DNA of 64,000 nt from Candidatus Thorarchaeota archaeon (GTDB lineage Archaea > Asgardarchaeota > Thorarchaeia > Thorarchaeales > Thorarchaeaceae). The notes under the pieces are model-generated. The model saw only the letters and a program-made list of their open reading frames with translations, did not search any database and was not told the DNA's origin. Every line of letters begins with the position of its first letter. Positions within the stretch are counted from its first letter, which is position 1. Made by a program: the position numbers and the translations under genes. Shown here one piece after another: positions 9,890-18,567 of the stretch. The stretch lies in the NCBI GenBank assembly GCA_019057475.1, contig DXJO01000041.1:7284-71283 (forward strand). Reading direction: 5' to 3'.

Positions 9890-11071
9890 CTGATCACCGA
9901 GCGACATTATCACATCAATTGCTGTAATCACTCCAGGTTGAAACAGGTCATCCCGGAGATTGTGAGCAGTAACCGCCACGTCGTAGAAGTCCAGTGCGAT
10001 ATATGGAGTGGTTATCTCGACATGAGGGATAATCACGATGCCGCCGTTGGTTTCCAGCCGCGTGACCTCTTCCTCGAAGGCTTGATGAATTCTCTCAAGT
10101 TGATTTCTGTCGATCAGTACGAACTGGAGTGTGGTCCCTTCTTTCCACGGGTGGTGGTCCATTCTGAAGACATTGTTTTCTAACCAGCCTCCGCTGTAGT
10201 AAGATCGATACCACCAGTTGGTCATGCCATTCATACTGTCAATAACATGGGTATTCATGGACTCATTGAAATGATACTCTAGGCTCACCAAACCTCGGTT
10301 AGAGAGATCTACAAGAATATCGAACATAGAGAAATGGCCATCAGTGAACAAGTCAGGACGAGTTGTTTCAATAGCGGACCAATTAAATCCATGCTTAACT
10401 CCGTCGACACTCGCATGTGCGGTGGTAACTCCCACAGGCGGAGGAAGAGTTGTGTTTCCGGGACTAATGACCGTTTCATTGCTGCGCGGCGGTACAGCCA
10501 GTGGAATGTCAATTTGAGGTGCATTGAGAAATACAACGGTCACTAACAGCGACACTGTTAACCCGATTATGAAAAGATTCGCGATTTGTTTGGAGACTCC
10601 ACGGCGTATCGAGAGGAACTTCAGTCCCACTCCCACATGGAGAATAATCAAGACTGCGAGAAAAGCGTCATAGATTCTGTGCCACCCAAAGGGGATTGTT
10701 TCGCTGAAGACAGTCGCAAACCAGATGTATCCGTTGAGCCCAGGAATGATAACGAGAAAGGCAAAGATTACAATTAGCCAAGCAGACACCCTTTGAACAA
10801 GTCGTAGAAGATGAATTGATGTTCCCTTCTTATTCTGAACCCCATCAAGCAGTCTTCTCCACGTTAGCTTGAAGTGCACGAGGGTAATTGCCACATGGAT
10901 AATTAGGAATCCAATGAAGAAGACCTCGAGTATTCTATGTATCGAGGAGATGAGATAGATATCAACTAACCATCCGCGGGCAAGACTGTAACCGGTGGCT
11001 ATTATCGCCAGAGAGAATATCGCGAGTAGCCATGCGGTGTAACGATGCACTCTTACCCTTGTGGATGACAT
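9656..11071 (-). CDS. Membrane protein with an N-terminal ~5-TM domain carrying paired histidines (cytochrome-b/DUF4405-like) and a large extracytoplasmic C-terminal domain; function unknown
   Basis: 471 aa. TM helices with 'HRILEVFFIGFLIIHVAITLVHF' and 'ILHVGVGLKF'. The C-terminal ~250 aa is hydrophilic with several N-x-S/T sequons. Confidence 0.4.
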   Translation of the reverse strand: MSSTRVRVHRYTAWLLAIFSLAIIATGYSLARGWLVDIYLISSIHRILEVFFIGFLIIHVAITLVHFKLTWRRLLDGVQNKKGTSIHLLRLVQRVSAWLIVIFAFLVIIPGLNGYIWFATVFSETIPFGWHRIYDAFLAVLIILHVGVGLKFLSIRRGVSKQIANLFIIGLTVSLLVTVVFLNAPQIDIPLAVPPRSNETVISPGNTTLPPPVGVTTAHASVDGVKHGFNWSAIETTRPDLFTDGHFSMFDILVDLSNRGLVSLEYHFNESMNTHVIDSMNGMTNWWYRSYYSGGWLENNVFRMDHHPWKEGTTLQFVLIDRNQLERIHQAFEEEVTRLETNGGIVIIPHVEITTPYIALDFYDVAVTAHNLRDDLFQPGVITAIDVIMSLGDQGLITYGLQWYDTIGTAEIVRSYWVDNVNGEQASGTCGFVYDTGSLEFYGFGGNHIHIPMDARMLNSPEYLHMFWICL

Positions 11072-11216
11072 ATTCTTTGCAAATGCACTAAGTTACAAAT
11101 ATTAACCATTAGGTATGGCTGTTGCGCTATCTGTAACCAAACGAGATCGTGCATACGACTAGAAAAGTGTCCGGGGAGGACAACAGGTGTCCTCCCGAAC
11201 GTGTTCATGATGTGGC

Positions 11217-12482
11217 TTATGCGATTGCTGCGTCTCCTGCTTCGCCGGTTTTTATTGTCATAGTCAGGAAGAATGCTACAACAAAGAAGACGATTGACAA
11301 CGGATAGAGTATTCCGATTCCGAGTAAATCGAAAAGAACACCTGACACAACCGGACCGCTAATCGCAGCACCCATACTGGCGGCATAGTACAGTCCTGTC
11401 CCCGCACCGACACGAGCCTGACCCAGATGTTCCCAGAGCATCACGATACTATTGACGTTTATCAATGCCCATCCGACGCCAGTTATTACAAGAACGCCGA
11501 GTATGGTCCAGTAGTCTGTGATGACCCAGAGAAGGCCTAAGGATACTATCATTATGATAAGGCCGGCCAGTATCGTGTTTTTCCGCCCAAACTTGCCTGC
11601 AATGAAGCCCGCTGGGACTGCAAAAACAACGAATGACAGAGCAATACCGTTTAGAAGAAATGAGGCATCCGCGACTGGGAAGCCAAGTACTTCATTGCCG
11701 TACTTCGTGAACCACGTTTCTAATGCGTTCCACCCGAAGAACCAGAAGAAGATTGCACCCATGATAGCCGCAGCAGACTTGTCCTCTGAGAAGGACACCT
11801 GCTGGAATGCCTTGATAATACCAATCTCTCTTTTGGCGTCAACTGGCGGGACTGAAGGTTCCTTGACAATAATATAGAGAATTAGTACTGCAACAATCAT
11901 AATCACTGATGTCGTCAGAAACGCCAATATGGGCCCTGACTGCACGGCGGTTACACCCAACATCGTGCCCAGAGAGGGGTCATTGATTTTGTAGATTTGC
12001 GATGCTATTGCAAATGCATAGATCGCACCAATTCCGCCCATCAGATTGATGACTCCATTTGCCTTCGAACGATTCTCACTGGAAATAAGGTCAGGCATCA
12101 GTGCCACTACAGGAGCCCGATAAAACGCCATGGCGACATTGAAAATTGTTAACATCGCAAGCATGAACCAGAACCCAAAGACTGCCCAGCCATAGGCTGC
12201 CAGTGAGAAGAAGAGTGCGGCAATCGGCGTGCCTATCATTATGTAAGGCATTCGCCTGCCCCATTTTGTCCGTGTCTTGTCTGACCGCGCCCCAATGTAG
12301 GGCTGAAGGAACAGAGCAAGAAGATTATCCACGACCATGATTGCACCAATGATTGTGTTCTGTAGATCACCAACGATGAAATCTGGTAGAAATGCAGCTG
12401 GTAGATAGCTGTTGTAGACGCTCCAACTGACACTCGTTGTAAAGAAGCCAAGACCAATCGCGAAGATGTGTAGCCATCGCAT
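11217..12482 (-). CDS. MFS transporter, glycoside-pentoside-hexuronide (GPH)/cation symporter-like
   Basis: ~12 TM helices. 'GARSDKTRTKWGRRMPYI' matches the GPH-family loop motif. Start moved to internal ATG (MRWLHIF...) because the track's 5' extension is non-membrane and overlaps a divergent ORF. Confidence 0.65.
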   Translation of the reverse strand: MRWLHIFAIGLGFFTTSVSWSVYNSYLPAAFLPDFIVGDLQNTIIGAIMVVDNLLALFLQPYIGARSDKTRTKWGRRMPYIMIGTPIAALFFSLAAYGWAVFGFWFMLAMLTIFNVAMAFYRAPVVALMPDLISSENRSKANGVINLMGGIGAIYAFAIASQIYKINDPSLGTMLGVTAVQSGPILAFLTTSVIMIVAVLILYIIVKEPSVPPVDAKREIGIIKAFQQVSFSEDKSAAAIMGAIFFWFFGWNALETWFTKYGNEVLGFPVADASFLLNGIALSFVVFAVPAGFIAGKFGRKNTILAGLIIMIVSLGLLWVITDYWTILGVLVITGVGWALINVNSIVMLWEHLGQARVGAGTGLYYAASMGAAISGPVVSGVLFDLLGIGILYPLSIVFFVVAFFLTMTIKTGEAGDAAIA

Positions 12483-12667
12483 CTTAGTCGGAGCTCCAAC
12501 TTCCAGAGCAGATGTATCGTCCGTACCATCAGTAGATGTCAAATCATTCACTCCTTTTCGATATGCGAATTGTGAACTCAGGAGGTGATGGTAAGCCGCT
12601 AAAGGAGTGCTGGACACTATAGCACACGATTCATATCTTACATATCGTAGGTCATACCGGTGCATCA

Positions 12668-12940
12668 ATGAATATACAGTACATTTCACAGCCTAGAGTG
12701 AAGGAACTCCTGCTACATCTCAAGTGGGGCGATAGGTTCGAGGAGGAAATGAGAGAGGCATTAAAGGCCATTCGCGAGTCGGAGTTGGACTTCGAGCAAA
12801 TTAAGCGAGAGCTGACAGAATCGGGACTAGTACTGCAACTCCGCGGAGAAGGAGGGAATCCGTATCTGGCGCTGACGGATATGGGTCAGGCAATCGCAGA
12901 CCTGCTTCATGAGATTGAGTTCATCTTGACGCCAAGATGA
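12668..12940 (+). CDS. Small hypothetical protein (90 aa), possibly a helical DNA-binding protein
   Basis: ORF sits divergent to the transporter. The charged helical sequence has no diagnostic motif. Confidence 0.25.
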   Translation: MNIQYISQPRVKELLLHLKWGDRFEEEMREALKAIRESELDFEQIKRELTESGLVLQLRGEGGNPYLALTDMGQAIADLLHEIEFILTPR

Positions 12941-13428
12941 CTACAAAGAATCAGAGTGAAGCTCTCGCATGGCGTCCCACGCGAAAACTTCCTCACGTGT
13001 GATCGTAGAATGAGCTTGGGTGCGCCGGGGACTATCTCCCTTATCTTCGGCACAGGACTGAACGGAATCGTTGTCGGATACCATTCTAATCCCCCTCTAT
13101 CGGTTGTAGAGATATGCGTGTGCGACTGCATTTGTCGAAACAGGCTTCTTCGGGAGCCCCTTCCTCTCGTTCTCACCTATTTTTGCGAGTGCCAGTTCTA
13201 TCACCTCCGATAGATGTATGCGTGGTATAGTGCTCCGGTCGACAGGACCTTTGCAACCTTTGCGTTCTGCGTTCCAGATACGTTCCTTGTGTTCTTTGAT
13301 AGTGCCATTGTGTTTCACCGTTCGCTAAAGGGTGTGTAAAACAAACCATTCAGCCATCTATGGTATAGTCATAAACCCATATAAGGTTTGTGTCGCAAAC
13401 CAATCTATGCAAAACGCGTGATGGATAA

Positions 13429-14262
13429 ATGGTTTGTACCAGAAACTTAAATAGGGCAAACCAAGATATCCAACTTGGAAACGCAGTAGAAAGCGAGGCA
13501 GTCAATTTGGGAAACATCAATACAGTCTTCGAAAACGAAACCGACACTCTGAAGGACATTGTCCTTACTAAGGAGGGCAAGACGCCTCAGAAAGAGGTCG
13601 AATTCGTCTATGACAAGCAGAAATGCGATGAACTTGCGGAGCCTGTAAGGTTTCAGATCGTCCAGGTGCTAAGGCAGGGCATTGATGATACTCAAACGAC
13701 CGAGGATTTCAATGAGGAAACCAATGAGAGAATCATCCGACAGAAAATGGTGAAACGCAACACCATGTCAGTTGTCGAAATTGTTAAGGCATCAACCCAG
13801 TCTGACTGCTGTGAAGTCATTACGAAGAATCAACTGTATCACCACCTCCCCAAACTGATTGAAAGCGGTTATGTCATCAAATACGGCACAGTCACAACGG
13901 GTAAACGAACCACAGATTACTACCGTCGTACGGCCAAGGGATTCATGCTGCTTGGAGCGGACCCATCAGCCGATGAGGATCATATCAGGCGCAAGATTTC
14001 TGAGGGGCGAGAGAAGATTGTAAGCATATTTGATCTCAATATCTCCCCAGAGAGTAGCAATGAGCTTTCAGAGTTGTGGGTGAAGAGCACTCAATTGCAG
14101 ATGGAGTATCGCGTGAAGATTGCCAAGATGATTCGAGGCGATGTGGCTGATTCGGAAGTATTGGAACTTTTTGAGTTGATGTTGAACATCTACTCAATGG
14201 GCTCGGATGAGTATGTGCAGATTCAGAGAAGGATGCAGGAGATACTATTCTCGGACACCTAG
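13429..14262 (+). CDS. Putative winged-helix (ArsR/MarR-like) transcriptional regulator with extended C-terminal domain
   Basis: 277 aa. 'LAEPVRFQIVQVLRQG' resembles an HTH recognition region. The rest is uncharacterised. Confidence 0.35.
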   Translation: MVCTRNLNRANQDIQLGNAVESEAVNLGNINTVFENETDTLKDIVLTKEGKTPQKEVEFVYDKQKCDELAEPVRFQIVQVLRQGIDDTQTTEDFNEETNERIIRQKMVKRNTMSVVEIVKASTQSDCCEVITKNQLYHHLPKLIESGYVIKYGTVTTGKRTTDYYRRTAKGFMLLGADPSADEDHIRRKISEGREKIVSIFDLNISPESSNELSELWVKSTQLQMEYRVKIAKMIRGDVADSEVLELFELMLNIYSMGSDEYVQIQRRMQEILFSDT

Positions 14263-14353
14263 TGGCTCCTCAGACATACAATGGTATGCAGTAAACCAAA
14301 GTGCAGCATCACTGGGTTGCGGTGAGGTTCCTCTGATTACCGATCAACAGGAT

Positions 14354-14590
14354 CTATCTAGAAGCACAGATGTTAGTCTGCGTTTCGCCCACGCCTTCAA
14401 CTGTTTTTATTTTGTCCACAACGAAGTTACTCATCGCGTCATTGTCCGTGAACTCAGCATGAATTATCAAGTCCCAGGCGCCGAACAGGATGTAGGATTC
14501 CACAACTTCTGGCATGGCCTTGAACTTTTCTAGAATAGCCCTATTGTCGCCGCCTATTATTTTTATCAGAATGAATGCTGCAACCGTCAT
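14354..14590 (-). CDS. Stand-alone Lrp/AsnC C-terminal (RAM) ligand-binding domain protein
   Basis: 78 aa. 'PEVVESYILFGAWDLIIHAEFTDNDAMSNFVVDKIKTVEGV' is a typical RAM-domain betaalphabetabetaalphabeta sequence. Confidence 0.65.
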   Translation of the reverse strand: MTVAAFILIKIIGGDNRAILEKFKAMPEVVESYILFGAWDLIIHAEFTDNDAMSNFVVDKIKTVEGVGETQTNICASR

Positions 14591-14905
14591 TGATTAGTTC
14601 CCTCGAATAGGAAGCCGAGTATGTAGAAATGTAGAACACCTCTTATTCTTTGCGCAACGGAGGGCCCTGTGGAATAAATCGAATGGCGTGAGGAAAAGCA
14701 TCTGAATTCACACTCAGTAATGTCAGGATTCAGACACTCCATGATAAAACGAATGTCGATTCTGATTGTGCTGATAGTGGACTAACGGGATTATTCCACA
14801 GAGCCGCAACGGAGAGAGTCCATGTTACGTGAGGCTGCGTTTCAGGAAAAGCCGAGGAATAGCATGAATGTACTAATTCAAGTGGAATCAGACACTGAGA
14901 TGTGT

Positions 14906-15280
14906 TCAGATCAATCCCTTGAAACGAAGCGCAGATCTTGCTAGGTCAATAACAGCCAACTCGGGGATGGACTCAGGAGTGGCCCAACCCAGCAGCCATG
15001 TAGTCCGATCGATAGATGCCATCAGGAAATGACCTTGATTGTTCTCAGCTGTTGCCACATAGGAATCGGAAGAAGAGCTTATCCTGCGGTAGGTGACCCC
15101 ATTGACGTTCACTGTATCAGCCGCATTCTTGGGGGCCTGTGCTAGGTCTGAAACATCGTTCACTAGATTCCAGTTACCAGTCTGCCAGATTATTATTGAT
15201 TCCTTGCATACTGCAAACCGCTGCATGCGGGGATTGCTGGAGTAGAGCTTTGCCCACTCATCCTCAATGATTGACCCCAT
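14906..15280 (-). CDS. Profilin-like small alpha/beta protein (Asgard-type profilin candidate; roadblock/LC7 fold not excluded)
   Basis: 124 aa. N-terminal helix with 'EWAKLY' (compare profilin 'SWQTYV'), then 'IIIWQTGNW' (compare profilin 'SVWAQS'), and a C-terminal amphipathic helix. It is a paralogue of the next gene. Confidence 0.4.
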   Translation of the reverse strand: MGSIIEDEWAKLYSSNPRMQRFAVCKESIIIWQTGNWNLVNDVSDLAQAPKNAADTVNVNGVTYRRISSSSDSYVATAENNQGHFLMASIDRTTWLLGWATPESIPELAVIDLARSALRFKGLI

Positions 15281-15379
15281 GACACTACCACCGAAACTGA
15301 TTCACAGTGGACCTTCGAGCCGTGGTGTAGGGGAGCCCATATAGATAGCCCTCGATCCCTGCGCTTCAGCTGTTGCTAA

Positions 15380-15787
15380 TCATATTTTACCTTTAAGAGA
15401 TTTGGCAGCCCGATCTACGTCGACGTAGATTCCATCGGGTGCGGCGTCTTTCGCAGCCCAAGCAACTACCCATTTGTCACCTTCAATCTTGGCTAACACC
15501 AGGGTTCCATTGCCACCGGTGTTTCTGGCCACGAGACTTTCTGGACTCGTTCTTAATGTGCTGTACTTCACTTCATTTTGTATCACGCTAGCAGCTCTAC
15601 TGGTGACCGCTGAAACCAAGCTCTTAGCATCTGCGCTGAGATCCCAGTTGTCGCTCTGCCACAATACTTGCCCGCCACCGGTGATCACTCCAAAAGCTTG
15701 AATCATCTTTCCGGAATCGTTGTACGCCTTTGTGTATGAATCCATTACAGGATCGCCCATGATGTTCACCCCGTTGAACATAGTCAA
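15380..15787 (-). CDS. Profilin-like small alpha/beta protein, paralogue of 14906..15280
   Basis: 135 aa. 'MIQAFGVITGGGQVLWQSDNWDL' aligns with profilin 'AAIIGHDGSVWAQSASF', and 'TLVLAKIEGDKWVVAW' with 'ITIKKTGQALVFGIY'. Ends in a C-terminal helix. Confidence 0.4.
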   Translation of the reverse strand: MTMFNGVNIMGDPVMDSYTKAYNDSGKMIQAFGVITGGGQVLWQSDNWDLSADAKSLVSAVTSRAASVIQNEVKYSTLRTSPESLVARNTGGNGTLVLAKIEGDKWVVAWAAKDAAPDGIYVDVDRAAKSLKGKI

Positions 15788-15906
15788 ACGGTCTTCGAGA
15801 AACTCAAGAAGCTATTTCCCATATAAGGAAATTCTTGATGGCCTTCAGTCTAATCTCCTAGAACACACTCTTATGGCGGACGATGTGCTCAACTTACATG
15901 CCCAAG

Positions 15907-16209
15907 ATGGCAATTGAAGACACAGCAGACGGCGTTTTATTGAGAGTGATTGTGAAACCAAGATCTAGAGCTACATCATTCATTGCAGAGATAGGCGTGG
16001 AGTACGTCATTCTGAACCTTAGAGCTCCAGCAAGAGAAGGAAAGGCCAACACAGAGCTACTGAAACGGGTCGCAAAATCGTTGAAACTATCCACCGCGGA
16101 TGTCATCTTGGTCAGCGGCTCCAAATCACGCGATAAAACGCTCCTGATACGGGGGGTAATGGCCGACCAAGTTCTTGGTATATTGCAGGCCGTCATAAAC
16201 AATAAATAA
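15907..16209 (+). CDS. DUF167 (YggU/UPF0235) family protein
   Basis: 'LLRVIVKPRSRATSFIAEIGVEYVILNLRAPAREGKANTELLKRVAKSLKLSTADVILVSGSKSRDKTLLIRG' is the characteristic DUF167 sequence. Start set to the third in-frame ATG. Confidence 0.7.
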   Translation: MAIEDTADGVLLRVIVKPRSRATSFIAEIGVEYVILNLRAPAREGKANTELLKRVAKSLKLSTADVILVSGSKSRDKTLLIRGVMADQVLGILQAVINNK

Positions 16210-16310
16210 CGATGTCGTTCTGAAACCCTGCTCTTCGCGCCCATAAATAGCAATTAATCCAACCTACAATGACGAACACACGTATTCGAACTGGAGGATG
16301 TCTGTAGAAT

Positions 16311-18530
16311 ATGCCAACAAGGTCAACAAGAGCTCTAATGGCGGGGATGTTCCTTGCGGGGCTTATCTATGGGCTCTTCGCGATGTCTACGGGGAGATAC
16401 GACGACCCGTTTGTGTGGCTGGCGATTTACATAGAGCTCGTACTACTAGTTGCCTCATTGACCCGAAAGCCACCCACGAAGATGGATCTTGTCTTCTTGA
16501 CGTTGATCATGATGACCTACACCATGGCCGCATCCATGCTAGGCCTCCTCTCGGAGGTTGCAATCATGGCGATTGCAGGAATTGTACTCTATGCTGGCAT
16601 CATGACTGAACCCAAGTTTCCCCTGACCAAACGCGCAATCATTACAGGGCTTGTTGTTGGTGTAATTTACACATTCTTGGGCATCTACCTAGCACTCAAA
16701 ATAGGAGTTGTCTACATCGTTGGCGCCGAGATGCTTGGTGCGATCGCTCTCAGTGCGTGGGGCAAATACACGAAAGAAGAGAACACAATCGTTGTAGCAA
16801 TATCCAACTCATCGGCTATGATTAGCATAGGTGTTCTCATCACATTTCCAGCGATTGCGATATTCACCCCTGAAATCGCATATGGACCACCCGCTCTCAT
16901 CACGTACCCGTTCATCGTGTTTGTGACGGGAATAAGTGCGATTTTCGGCTTGCTCCTCCTAGCACCTCTAAGAGAACGCTTTGAAAATGAGCCATGGCCA
17001 CAGGTGCGTCCTCAAGCTGAAACAATCATCTCAATGGGATTGGACCAGACAGCCAAACGTACTGTGCTTACTGGAGTTGCAGCTTCAGCGGCATGGGTAG
17101 GAGCAACAAAGATTGCTGAAGCCTCGGATCCGGGCGCTCTAGCTGCGGTTCCAAATGCGTTCAAATCCATCATTCCTGCCGCAGGAGCTATCCCAGAGTG
17201 GATAGGAATCACAAACTCCCCATTAATTGCCAGCATAGGGTTCTTCGTTGGTTGGAAACGAACTCTAGTGATATTCGCGGGCAGCATAGCCTCAATGCTA
17301 ATCTGGATCATCCTCGAAGGGGCTCAACCTATCACGTATGAGGAACATCTGAAGCGAGCTGAGATTCTCTATCTTGCGATAGGTGTGTTTGTATCAATCA
17401 TTGTTGGTGATGTACTCTCAAGTAGGAAGAAAGAGATGAAACCAGAGGAGTTCGAAGAGATTGTGAAGGCACACTCAACTGGCTCCGAGGGGGAAAGCGA
17501 GGGCATAATAATCGAAACCCCGCACAAGGCCTCTGAAGTGCCAGGGCTCATGCGAGTAAAGGAAGCTCTCTTCTCAATCGAAGCAATGCAAGAAGAGATA
17601 CGTGCGATGATTGCCAATCCTAGAGCATACATACGGGACAACCGAGGACAACTACCCATTTGGGTAACATTCATTTCCCTGATTCTCTATGCGATATTTG
17701 GTATCTTAATATTCTCGTTCGTCCCAATATTCCCGAATCTTCAGATTCATTGGACGTTATTCGTAATTGGCACGCCTCTTGTATTTGTTTCTGCATATTT
17801 CACAGCGCGAGCAATCTGCGAAACAGGGATGCTCGCAGGCTACATATCAGATATGGTTGCCATCCCTGCGATCCTCTTATTGCACGTATCATTTCAGTCC
17901 ATAACTGTATTCATGTCAATGCTTGGTGCACTCCAAGATGCCGCGATAGCGCTGCTGGTTCATCTGAAACTGGGACGGTTCACTGGTGTTCGCGGCAGGG
18001 ACATCGTAAAGGCAGTATCAATCGGCATGGTTCTCGGCACTTTCGTTGGCTCACTGATGATCTACGCCATATTCACAACGTATGGCTTTGGGGGTTCTGA
18101 CTTTCCAAGCCCAGCAGCACAGCTCTTTGGTTTCCTCGTGTTGAGCCTGCAGGGAATAGGAAACCTTGAGCTTCCAGGAGTGAATCAGTTCCCAGGAATG
18201 CCCCAGGAATTCATTTTCTTCTATCTCATTGCATTTACAGCCGTTGGTTTCATTGCAGGGAGAGAATTAGGCAAGAAAGGCATGAGTGCCATGAGTCTCG
18301 TCGTTGGTGTTTTGATTCCACCTGCAACAGCGGTGGCGATGCTATTTGGCGCATACATAGACTATAGAGTCAAGAAACAGGACGGTTTCCAGCCTGATTC
18401 CGTTGGCTATGAAACCACATTTAGTCCGCTTCGCAAGAAGATGAGCCGCATTCTCAGCGGCATCGTAGCAGGAGAAGCGATAGTGGTCGTGATATGGGTG
18501 ATCTGGAGCGCAATCATTCTATTTGCCTAG
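16311..18530 (+). CDS. Large polytopic membrane transporter, possibly OPT (oligopeptide transporter) superfamily
   Basis: 739 aa with ~16 predicted TM helices and an acidic cytoplasmic loop in the middle. Size and topology resemble OPT-family proteins; no definitive motif recognised. Confidence 0.35.
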   Translation: MPTRSTRALMAGMFLAGLIYGLFAMSTGRYDDPFVWLAIYIELVLLVASLTRKPPTKMDLVFLTLIMMTYTMAASMLGLLSEVAIMAIAGIVLYAGIMTEPKFPLTKRAIITGLVVGVIYTFLGIYLALKIGVVYIVGAEMLGAIALSAWGKYTKEENTIVVAISNSSAMISIGVLITFPAIAIFTPEIAYGPPALITYPFIVFVTGISAIFGLLLLAPLRERFENEPWPQVRPQAETIISMGLDQTAKRTVLTGVAASAAWVGATKIAEASDPGALAAVPNAFKSIIPAAGAIPEWIGITNSPLIASIGFFVGWKRTLVIFAGSIASMLIWIILEGAQPITYEEHLKRAEILYLAIGVFVSIIVGDVLSSRKKEMKPEEFEEIVKAHSTGSEGESEGIIIETPHKASEVPGLMRVKEALFSIEAMQEEIRAMIANPRAYIRDNRGQLPIWVTFISLILYAIFGILIFSFVPIFPNLQIHWTLFVIGTPLVFVSAYFTARAICETGMLAGYISDMVAIPAILLLHVSFQSITVFMSMLGALQDAAIALLVHLKLGRFTGVRGRDIVKAVSIGMVLGTFVGSLMIYAIFTTYGFGGSDFPSPAAQLFGFLVLSLQGIGNLELPGVNQFPGMPQEFIFFYLIAFTAVGFIAGRELGKKGMSAMSLVVGVLIPPATAVAMLFGAYIDYRVKKQDGFQPDSVGYETTFSPLRKKMSRILSGIVAGEAIVVVIWVIWSAIILFA

Positions 18531-18567
18531 GTGGTTTCCCCAAAGCATCCGACCAAACGCGAGAATG

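Noticed and set aside
12907-13318. Three mutually overlapping small ORFs (12907..13176 -, 12956..13213 +, 13097..13318 -)
   Set aside because: Reading the translations, none has a recognisable motif, and they overlap each other. At most one can be real. Left uncalled.
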